This document shows, one piece after another, positions 53,025-64,000 of a stretch of DNA of 64,000 nucleotides. The first letter of the stretch is position 1; each line of letters begins with the position of its first letter. Under the pieces are notes generated by a model. The model saw only the letters and a program-made list of their open reading frames with translations, was not told the origin of the DNA and searched no databases. The stretch is taken from positions 92,134,001 to 92,198,000 of the forward strand of contig NC_087436.1 in NCBI RefSeq assembly GCF_036321535.1, in the 5' to 3' direction. Source of the DNA: Camelus dromedarius (lineage: Eukaryota). A program made the position numbers and the translations under genes.

Positions 53025-54545
53025 CTATCTATGCAGAAAATCTATGTAGCTACTAATAAGTTGAGTTTTCAAGGTTTCAGGATAAAAGATCCATGTTCAA
53101 AAATCAACTGTATTTCTACTAGCAACCATTGGACATTGCAATTAAAATATATTTTTATAATAGCATTAAAATATAAAGTATTGTTAAAATATGGACACTG
53201 AAAACTAAAAAAATATTGAAAAGAAATTTAAGTTCTAACTAAATGGAGAAATGTGTCATGTCTGTGGATCAAAAGACTCAATTTAGTTAATGTGGCATTC
53301 TTCTAAAATGAATGCATAAATTCAAACCAATTGCAATCAAAATTCCAGCAGTGTTTTGTAGAAGTTGATAAGCAATTCTAAAATTCACTTAGAAATGCAA
53401 AGGAACTAAAATAGCCAAAATAACTTTGAAAACAAATAACAAATTCCTTCCACCTTACTTAAAAATTTATCATAAAACTACAATAATCTAGATACAAGTA
53501 CTGGATCCAAGACAGACAGATTGATCCATGGAACAGAACAGAGAGTACAAAAATAGACCAACACATACATAGTTAATTGATTTTCTACAAAGTTTCAAAC
53601 ACAGTTCAGTGGATAGTCTTGTTAACAGATATTCATATATCTATATATATAAATAAACTTCAATTGATACTTTGCACGTATACAAGTATTAACTCAGAAA
53701 TAGATTATAGATATAAATGTAAAATATAACACTATAAAATTTCTCAAACAAAGCATAAGAGAAAAGCTCTGTGCCTTATGTTAGGCGAAGATTTCTTAAA
53801 TAAGATTTCAAAAGCACAACCATAAAATAAAAAATTAATAAATTGGACTTCATCAAAATGAAGAACTTCTGCTCTCCAAAGATGCCATTAAAAGAACAAA
53901 AAACACCAAACCACAAGCTAGGAGAAAATATTTGAAAATCTCATATCTGATAAAGTACTTTATCCAAATACAAAGAGGACTATTAGAACATAATTTAAAA
54001 AAAAAATTAAAGAAGTAAATAATTCGAACATTTTGCCAGAGGATTTACTGATGCAGATGAGCACATGAACATGCTCAACATTATCCATCACTAGAGAAAT
54101 GCAAGTAAAAGCCATAATGTGATAAACACACCTATTAGAATGTCTAAAATTAAGAAGACTGGTCATACCAAGTACTGGGGGAAATGGAGCATCTGGAACT
54201 CTCATACACACTGCTGATGGGAATGTAAACTGACACCACTTTGAAAAACCATGTGACAGTCTCTTAAGTTAAGCATGTACCTGCTATATAACACAGCCAT
54301 TCCAATCCTAGGTATTTACCCAAAAGAAATAAGAGCATATGTACATAAAATACTTATGCATGGATGTTACACAGCAGCTTTTCTGGTAATTGCCAAAAAC
54401 TGGAAACAACCCAAATGTCCATCAATGGATATAAAAATTGTGGTTCATCCATCCACACAATGGAAAACCACTTGGCAACAGAAAAGGAATGAACTGCTAT
54501 TACATTAACAACTTGGAAATGATGTCAAAACGATTATTCTGAGTA
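53025..54545 (+). mobile_element. Old L1 fragment (ORF2 3' part and 3' UTR), degraded
   Basis: L1 ORF2-like aaaatcaactgtatttcta, caatcaaaattccagc, ggaacagaacagagag and aattggacttcatcaaaat. The ORF piece PILGIYPKE...AKNWKQPKCPS is L1-derived. Confidence 0.9.
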
Positions 54546-54629
54546 CCTCCTCTTTTTTTAGTAAACACACATGTAAACTTAGTAAATAACTATTTAATAT
54601 TACAATAACCTGCACACATTTATACATTG

Positions 54630-55040
54630 TGATTGTCTGTTCATAGTTGGAGGAGGTCATTGCGAGGACGTGACTGTCAGTTGACCCATGAGCTGGACCT
54701 GGACAATGGTAGACTCCTCACCCCGCCCCCAGCTGGAGCCCTTTCAAGGATGCAGCCTTGAGATAGTAATGCGTTGTTGAGGCCATCTGGATGGTATATG
54801 CGACTGAACCCAGTTAAAACCTCTATATAAACTTTTAAGATTCTAGTGGGTGGGTGTGGAGATCTACTCATTTTAGGGCTGCCCAAGGCAAGCCTCATAG
54901 GTAAGTTCCCTTGCTTATTAAAACTGCTACCTGCCAATCAGCAGTGGCTTGCCTCTTCCTTTGGTCTCCCCTTGCCCTTTGTGTGTGTTGGGGGTAATTT
55001 CAAATTCTACCAGGGAAGCTCCCGAGGTTTTGGACAAACA
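54630..55040 (+). mobile_element. ERV solo LTR (about 400 bp)
   Basis: GC-richer block in AT-rich flanks, with TATATAA at about 54824, ATTAAA at about 54917 and a CA end. TSD not resolved. Confidence 0.65.
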
Positions 55041-56549
55041 CAATGCAATTTAAGTCTTAACATATCATTGAACTGAGGACCCTGTCTGCCCCAATTTCAG
55101 TAACAACTATACTAAACTCTTATATTCCGGAGAGCAGAACATTCTAAGTCTCACTGTCTGTCATAATTAATTTTAATAAATAAAAAATATTTAGGGTTTC
55201 TTAATAATATTTATTGGTATGTTAGGACATTCAGATATGTGAATACAGCCTGTGATGTGTGGTTTGGTGGACAGAGGACTCTAGCCCTGAGTTTGGGCAC
55301 CAAAATTTTTCCTATACAGAATTTGAGTCCTCACAAAAATCCTGTCTGTGTGATAAGTGAATGAGGGCATTAATACAGTGCTTGGCATGTGGTAAACAGT
55401 CCATAAATAACAGCTACTACTAGTTATTTTCATACAAATACTTAAATAACTTTTCAAGAGATTTTTTGAGTCCTAGTTCAAATTAACATCAAAAAGTTCT
55501 TGGCTTCTTTCTTGGACTCATATTGTCAAAATATTCCTCCTATTGTCCTGCAAATAATACTTTCCTACTTAGACATAAGCCTTTACTGACTGCACTGAGA
55601 TGGTACTCTCTGGCAGCATGTACGCTATCCCAGGCAGGGTAGTGGGGAAGGGGTGGATATAATGTGATTTTCCTGTGTGACAGGGAAAGTTAAAATATCT
55701 TCTCCTTTTGGAAATTGCCAGTTTCTTACCAAGTATGCACACTAGTCAAAAATACATATACACAGAAAATATTCAGAAATGTGGGGACTCCAGAAGGACA
55801 AAAAAATTTTTTTTTAACTTTTCAGTATAGCTGTTAGAGGTTTACAAATTAATAAAACGCTTTCCCCTATATTTAGAATGAAACACTCTAGATGTGCTAC
55901 AAAACACTGTAGGCTTTGATTGTAAGACTTGGTTATGGATAGAAAGAGAAGAGACTGAACACATGTTCCCCTGCAGGAGGAATTAAGGATGTGGCCTCTT
56001 CATACCTCGGGGGCAGAAACCACTGGACTACATGCACCAGCCTGTTTTTAATGTCCACTTGGAAGCAGGCCCAATTTCACATGAAAATCTAAATGTCAAA
56101 AGTCCTGGTAATTTTCATTCTAGACATTCCCCTAAAGTTGATTATCTTTTTTATGATGATACCACAGGGGATATTTTGGGTCAGAAATGAAGCAATATGC
56201 TCACATACAGCTTTTGAAATGACACTAACCTTCTCTTTCTGATTCACCTTCCTTTACTGCCTCGTGCTCTTTTGGTAGAGGGTTGCTTTCATATGTTCCA
56301 TTTCTACTCGAAGTTTTTCATATCACTCCTAAGAGGCTAAATATCTTTTTTCAATTCATTGATTTATAACAGCATAGAATTTTCTTACAGCTGGTTCACT
56401 CATATTGCAATTTGTGGCCAAAGTTTCCAAGGTGCTGGCTGGCCCCTGAGTGTATGCATAGTATACATAATATCACTGTGTTCACTTTTCTTAATTTTTA
56501 CTCTATCAATTCAATATTCTTTATATGCTTTTTAAAAAATTCTTATAAT

Positions 56550-56986
56550 TGGTATTTGTTTGCCACCGTAACTAAGTACTACAAACTGGGTGACAAAAAA
56601 ACCCAGAAATTTTCTATCTCACATTTCTGGAGGCTAGAAGTCTGAGATCAGTGAGTCAGCAGAGTTGATTCCTCCTAGGGGCTGCAAAGAAGAATCTGCT
56701 CCACGCCTCTCCTTTAGTTTCTAGTGGTTTGCTAATAATCTTTGGCATACCTTGACTTGTCTAAGCACCACCCCAGTCTCTGGCTTCATGGTCACATGAT
56801 GTTCTCCCTGTGTGTATTATCTGTGCCCATAATTTCCCTTTTTATAAGAACACCAGTCACATTAGATTAGGGTCCACCTTAATGACTTAACTAATTATAT
56901 CTGCAATGGCCCTGTTTCCAAATAAGGTCATATTCTCAGCTACTGGGAGTTAGGACATGTGAATTTTGGGGAGACATATATAACAT
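56550..56986 (-). mobile_element. MaLR LTR (MLT1B/C-like)
   Basis: tactacaaactgggtg...ttctggaggctagaagtctgagatca...ttttataagaacaccagtca...tttccaaataaggtcatattct. Confidence 0.85.
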
Positions 56987-57380
56987 ACTTATGCCACATA
57001 GGAAAGTTTTTTTAGCATTTCATTAGCACACTTACATTTGCTTCTTCAGACCTTTTTTCATAAGATAAAAACAAGTTTCTTAAGACTATCAACAATAGGG
57101 AACAGCATAATAATTAGAAGTACTAAAGTTAAGTCACTTCAACTAATGGTTCAATTATAGACCCTCTGCCTCTTGGAATAGACTACCTACTATTCTGAAA
57201 CATAGGCAGTTTATGCCCAAGCTCCCTTTCCTAGTATCTTTTCCTTTTTGCTTGTTGTTTTCTAACTATAGTCCTACACAGATAGTCACTGCCTCCTGAT
57301 AAATTTTATAAATATGAAATATATATGGTCTCTAGCCCTGTGGGCAGACCATTGGTTTTGGTCATCAAGTTTTAAATGAT

Positions 57381-60300
57381 AATAAATGCTCCAATCAAAA
57401 GACAAAGAGTGGCAGATTGTATAATAAAACAAGAGCCTACAATATGCTGCCTACAAGAGACCCACTTTAAGGTGAAGGACACACACAGATTGAAAGTGAA
57501 ATGATGGAAGAAGATATTTCATGCAAATGGAAAGAACAAGAAAGTAGGAGTAGCAATACTCATATTAGACAAAATAGACTTTAAAACAAAGGCCATAAAG
57601 AAAGATAAAGGACACTATATAATGATAAAAAGAGCAATACAAGAAGAGGCTATTACACTCATTAACATATAAGCACCCAATACAGGAGCACCCAAATACA
57701 TAAAACAAATAGATATAAAGGGAGAAACTGATGGGAACACAATAATAGTAGGAGACTTTAACACCCCACTAACTTCATTGGACAGATCTTCCACACAGAA
57801 AATCAATGAGGCAATGGAGATACTAAATGACACAATAGAACTGTTGGACTTAGTTGATATTTTTAGGACACTCCATCCTCAAAAAACAGAATATACATGA
57901 TTTTTAAGTGTGCACATAACATTCTCTTAGGATAGACCACATACTCAGACACAAAAGAAGCCTCAACAAATGTGAGGATAGAAACTATTTCAAGCATCTT
58001 TTCTGACCGCAATAGCATGAAACTAGAAATCAGTCACACACAAAAAAGATAAATAAAAGACTGCATGGAGACTAAACAACATGCTACTAAAAAACCAACG
58101 AGTGAATGATGAAATCAAAGAAGAAATTTTGAAATATTTTGAGACAAATGGCAATGAAAGCACAACCACACAAAATCTATGGGATGCAGCAAAAGCAGCC
58201 CTAAGAAGGAAATTCATAATGATATAGGCCTTCCTCAGAAAACAAGAACAATCTAAAATAAACAACCTAATCCATCACTTAAAAGAATTAGAAAAAGGAC
58301 TAACAAAACCTAAGGTCAGCAGAGGGAAAGAAATAATAAGGATCAGGGAGGAAATAGAGATTTAAAAAAAAGAGAAAAAAATCAATCAAACCAAGAGCTG
58401 GGTTGTTTTGTTGTTGTTGTTGGTTTTTGTTTTTGTTTTCTTTTGTGTTGTTTTTATGGAGGTACTGGGGATTGAACTTAGGACCTCAAGCATGCTAAGC
58501 ATGCTCTCTACCACTGAGATATTACCCTTCCCTCTAGAGCTGGTTTTCTGAAAGGGTAAACAAAATTGACAAACCTCTGGACAGGCTCACCAAGAAGGAA
58601 AGAGAGAGGACATGAATAAACAAAATAAGAAAGGAAAATGGAGAAATTACAATTGGCACCACAGAAATACAAAAAACAAAAAAAAAAAACAAACCAAGAG
58701 AATACTATGAAAAACTATATGGCAACAAATTGGACAACCTAGAAAAAATGGACAAATTTCTAGAAACATACAGTCCACCAAAACTTAATCAAGAAGAAGT
58801 AGATCATTTGAATAAACTAATCACTAGAAGTGAAATAAAATCAGCAATAAAAAATCTCCCTGCAAACAAAAGTCCAGGATCAGATGGCTTCACTGTGGAA
58901 TTCTACCAAACATACAAAGAAGAACTCAGACCTATCCTGCTCATACTCTTCCAAAAGACTGAAGAGGGACAGAATACTTACAAATTCATTCTATGAAGCC
59001 ACCATCACCCTGATACCAAAACCAGACAAAGACACTACCAAAAAAAAAAAAAAAAAATTACATGCCAATATTGTTGATGAACAGAGATGTAAAAATCCTT
59101 AACAAAATATTAGCAAACAGAATCCAACAACACATAAAAGATCATATACTATGATCAAGTTAGATTCATCCCAGTGACACAAGGATGGTTCAACATACAC
59201 AAATCAATCAATGTGAAACACCACATTAACAAGAGAAAGGACAAAAATCACATGATAATCTCAGTAGATGCAGAAAAAAGCACTGGGTAAAATTCAACAC
59301 CCATTTGTGATTAAAAAAAAAAAAAAAAAAACTCTTACCAAAATGGGTATAGAGGGAACATCTCAACATAATAAAAGCTATTTATGACAAACCCACAGCC
59401 AGCATAATACTCAATGGTGAAAAGTTGAAAGCCTTCATGCCAAAACAAGACAAGGATGCCCACTCTCACCACTTCTATTTAAGTCCTAGCCATAGCAATC
59501 AAACAAGAAAGAGGAATAAAAGTAATCCAAATTGGAAAAGAAGAGGTAAAACAGTCACTATATGTTGATGACATGATACTATATATAGAAAAACCTAAAA
59601 GCTCCCCCTGTAAAACTACTAGAGCTGATAAAAGAATTTGGCAAAGTAGTAGGATACAAGATTAACACACAGAAACCAGTTGGATTTCTTTACACTAACA
59701 ATGAAATATCAGAAAAGAAAAGTAAAGAAATAATCCCTTTTAAAATCACATCAAAAAACAAAATAAAATACTTACAAATAAATCTGACCAAGGAGGTGAA
59801 AGACTTATACACAGATAACTACAGAACACTGATTAAAGAAATTAAAGATGACTTAAAGAAATGGAAAGATATCCCATGCTCTTGTATTGTAAGAATTGAT
59901 ATTGTTAAAATGACCACACTACCCAAAGCAATCTACAGATTTAATGCTATCCCTATCAAATTACCCAGGACATTTTTCACAGAACTACAAAAAATAATCC
60001 TAAAATTTATATGGAATCACAAAAGACCCAGAGTTGCCAAAGCAATACTGAAAAAAAAAAAAAAAATGAAGCTGAAGGAATAACCTTCCCAGACTTTAGA
60101 CAATACTATGGATATACAGTAATCAAAACAGTGTGGTATTGGCACAAAAATAGACATGCAGATAAATGGAAGAGAAAAGAAAGCCCAGAAATAAACCCAC
60201 AGACTTAATGGTCAATTAATCTTTGACAAAGAGGCAAGAATATACAATGGAGAAAAGACAGTCTCTTCAGCAAGCGGTGTTGGGAAAACCAGACAGCTGC

Positions 60301-61637
60301 ATGTAAATCAATGAAGTTAGAACACTCCCTCACACCATACACAAAAAATAAACTTAAAATGGCATAAAGGCTTAAACATAAGACAAGACAGGATAAACCT
60401 CCTAGAAGAAAACATAAGTAAAACATTCTCTGACATAAATCCTAGCAATGTTCTCCTTGGGCAGTCTACCCAGGCAATAGAAATAAAAGCAAAAATAAAC
60501 AAACAGAACCTAATTAAATTTGTAAGCTTTTGCACAGCAAAGGAAATCATAAGCAAAACAAAAAGACAAGCTACAGAATGGGATAAAATATTAGCAAATG
60601 ATGCAACTGACAAAAGCTTAATTTTCAGAATATATAAACAGCTCATACAACTTAATAACAAAAAAACAAAAAACCCAATCCAAAAATGGGCAGAAGACCT
60701 AAACAGCAATTCTCCAATGAAGATATACAAATGGCCAATAGGCACATTAAAAAATGTTCATTATCACTAATTATCAGAGAAATGCAAATCAAAACTACAA
60801 TGAGATATCACCTCACACCAGTCAGAATGGCCATCATTAAAAGACCACAAAGGGTAAATGCTGGAGAGAATGTGGAGAAAAGGGAACCCTCCCACACTAC
60901 TGGTGGGAATGTAGTTTGGTGCAGCCATTATGGAAAGCAGTATAGAGATTCCTCCGAAAACTAAAAATAGACTTACCATATATGATCCAGCAATCTCATT
61001 CCTAGGCATATATCTGGAGGGAACTTTAATTCAAAAAGAGACATACACCCCAATGTTCATAGCAGCACTATTTACAATAGCCAAGACACAGAAACAAACT
61101 AAATGTCCATCAACAGATGACTGGATAAAGAAGCTGTGGTACGTTTATATGATGGAATACTACTCAGCCATAAAAAATAATAAAATAATGCCATTTGCAG
61201 CAACATGGATGGACATGGAGATCGTCATTCTAAGTGAAGTAAACCAGAAAGAGAAAGAAAAATACCATATGATGTCACTCATATGTGGAATCTAAAAAAA
61301 AAAAAGCACAAATGAACATATTTACAAAACAGAAACAGATTCACAGATATAGAAAACAAATTTATGGTTACCAGTGGGGGAAGGAGGGTGGGAAGGGGTA
61401 AATTGAGAGTTAGAGATTAGCAGATACTAACTACTATATATAAAACAGATAAACAACAAGTTTCTTCTGTATAGCACAGGGAACTGTACTCAGTATCTTG
61501 TAGTAGCCTCTAGTGAAAAAGAGTATGAAAAGGAATATATATATCTCCATGCACGACTGAAGCATTATGCTGTACACCAGAAATTGACACAATATTGTAA
61601 ACTGACTACACTTCAATAGATAAAATAAAAATTTTTA
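57381..61637 (+). mobile_element. 5'-truncated LINE-1 (nearly complete ORF2 plus 3' UTR), inactivated by stops and frameshifts
   Basis: Starts at NAPIKRQRVAD (endonuclease). Contains [17 protein letters not shown] (RT, YVDD at 59561-59572) and the C-terminal Cys-rich region, then the 3' UTR and an A-rich end. Degenerate TSD at 57367-57380 and 61638-61651. Confidence 0.97.
58402..58535 (-). mobile_element. tRNA-Ala-derived SINE inserted into L1 ORF2
   Basis: ggaggtactggggattgaac...gcatgctaagcatgctctctaccactgag. TSD agagctgg at 58394-58401 and 58536-58543. Confidence 0.92.
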
Positions 61638-64000
61638 AAGTTTCAAACAATTACAGCTCTGTGGTAGTGCAGTCAGTGGGACTAAGTACGGTTGTTTCAC
61701 AAGTTTTGACAAGCAAGGTAGCAAATAGGTTTCATTTCTCTCTTAGTGCCAACTCCAGTCAGTCATCAGTAAATTGAATTACTGAAGAGCTTAGTTAAAG
61801 ACTCTAAGGCCCAGAAAATAGTGGGTCATGGTAGATCCTTAATGTTTGCCATCAGTTGGGTTATAGGGGGTAGTTTAGTCATTCCATGAGCCATCATCCT
61901 GGCTCTAAGTCATCCAAAAGCACCTTAAGACAATCCACGTCACCCAAAGACAACAGTAATCTACACTGAGGCATCACGACTTCTCGTCCCTCAGAACCCG
62001 CTCCCCACAGCTGCCTGCTATGAATCATCTTCCCGCCCCACTACTTACTGTGCTACTAATACCAATCATCTCCGTCCCCACTTCCCTGGCCCTTGAAACC
62101 AGGGTGCTTCACTCTCTGGTTTGCCTCTCTTGACTTTTGCACCAAGTTATCTTCCAGGTGCTATAGTCTAGAAGCAAATTAGGTTCTGCGAATCACAGGC
62201 CTCTTCATAAGATTCCAAAGGCAGAAATACTGTGAACACCGTATCCTGAGACTCTTGCCTAGGGCTGCCATCAAGAAAGCCATGGACATGTAAGATCTCT
62301 CTTCACCAGCATTCTAGTGTCCTTCCTCTGGTTCTATGGGTTGAGAGGCAGGTTTGGTGAGAGTGGAGACTTCTTGTTTCCATCAAGGTTGTGTTAGTGG
62401 CGTCAGACACAATGGCTCACCTGGTGGGACCCTGACACAGTCTTTCTAAAGATGTTTCTAGAAACCCAACCTAGACCTCTTCCTTTAGTTTCTCCAGTTA
62501 CTTTCTAAGCACCTATTTTGCGGTAATAAATCTCTTTCCGCTTCAAATATATAGAGTGGTATTCACAATTATCATAGATTTCAATGACCATGAGGGAGGG
62601 GCGGAGCCTGAAGGGTTTATGGCACAGAAACACCATTTCAAACTGAACATCGGACATTAGATGTCTTTATTATTGTCTCTGGGCCAATTTCCTGCAGGAG
62701 TTTTCACTGGATACTTTACATCACATCAAATCCCTGCTACAGGCCATCTCACCCCTCCTTTCTAGATTGTTTCTGACTTGCCAAATTCTTCCTAATTGCA
62801 GAGAAATTCATTCTCCTCACTTCCCAACCCAAACCTAGTTCTCAGGCCCATTTTGTATATCCCAACGCACCAGAGTGCATAGCAGCTCAAAATAATCCAT
62901 ATAACAGGAACCACTGTCTTATACAGCAGTTGTGCTTATACACAAATGTCTCATTCACTAGAAGCCAATGGAACAAGGGCTGATATGTCACGTGAGAAGT
63001 TGAAGGTGTGACCACAATAGTGTTTTCAGAGAATATCAAGATTGCTCCATCACATGGCAAGAGCACTGTGTACTCCCCAAAGGAGTGCCAGTGGAGGGGG
63101 GGACGAAAAGCCAAGCCAGCATCCAACAACTCGTTTGCTCTCTCTCCCTCTCCTCTCCAGCTCTCAGCTAGGATGGAAAGGAACGGACATCAACTCTGCG
63201 TGGACAGTTTCAATCTGAATCTGCAAGTCTTTTTTTCAATCCAACGTGATTTTTCCCAATTGTTATTTTGATTGTTATGTTTCCTTTGATGTGTTCTTTT
63301 CCCCCCTTTTAAGAATCTCTATTCTCTCCATACTTTAGAACTCTTGCTGCTGCCTCAAAATTCTGTAACTTCTTCCTCATGATTTCATTCTCTTTGTATT
63401 TTTGCTGTTTTAAAATGTGTCTTCTACTTGACTCTCAAGGATGATCTCTATAGCGACTAATCTCTCCTTAATTCATTCACTCAGTTTCTAAATTTAAATA
63501 TAATCAGATTTTTAAGTTTCAGAAAGTCTTTATTAAGCTGTAATGGAATCTTCTTGAGTCTTCTTTAAAAACATTGTGTTGTGGTCATTCGAATATTTAT
63601 CTGTTTGCTCTAACAGTTTAATTACTGTATTAAAGCTTTCCTATTCTTTTTATCCATTTTCTCTGTCTCCCTCTGTCTGTCTGTCCGTCTCCTTGTTTTA
63701 CCTCAAAGACACTGGTGCTGGGTCCCCTTAGATTGCAATTATTTCCTTTGCATACACATACCCTGAGTTTGTTTACACACCAAGCTAAAGGAGTACCTGG
63801 GATGTGATGGGAACCCACAAGTGCTCGGATGTAGGGCTCGTCACAGACAGGGATGTGAAACCAGAAACTCTCCAGTTCCTTCTGCAAACACAGAGAAAAG
63901 CTTGATTGCTATCTCCGACAGGAGGATGATCGCAATGCCCCTCCAGAGCCTTGACAATCAGCAGGTCCTCCTGGTACGGCATGAATAAAATGACAAGGCT

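Noticed and set aside
59561..59572. YVDD instead of the usual (F/Y)ADD RT motif as a functional variant
   Set aside because: This ORF2 is broken by many stops and frameshifts and by a SINE, so the change is most likely post-insertion decay.
58730..61295. Multiple ORFs as host genes
   Set aside because: All are fragments of L1 ORF2 or the L1 3' region, or their antisense.

Overview
Mammalian genomic DNA, most likely a camelid (inferred from three tRNA-Ala-derived SINE copies and the young L1 3' ends). It is AT-rich and dense in repeats. The only convincing protein-coding sequence is the first coding exon of GRXCR1, a hair-cell stereocilia gene, on the minus strand (ATG 31042 to donor 30659, 384 nt, 128 codons). 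Positions 1-30658 are the 5' part of intron 1; I found no later exon. Positions 31043-64000 are 5' UTR, promoter and upstream flank. The rest is transposon debris: a 4.3 kb 5'-truncated L1 carrying a SINE, short L1 3' ends (one 5'-inverted), an internally deleted ERVL provirus, solo LTRs, MaLR LTRs, MER DNA-transposon remnants, MIR, L2 and L3. Repeat family names come from recalled consensus similarity and their boundaries are approximate. I found no support for a new multi-gene biological system. The best leads are small: a palindrome and uATG cluster at the GRXCR1 start, candidate hair-cell enhancers, a SINE with an extra 3' tail inside its target-site duplication (TSD), and several well-resolved nested or inverted insertions.
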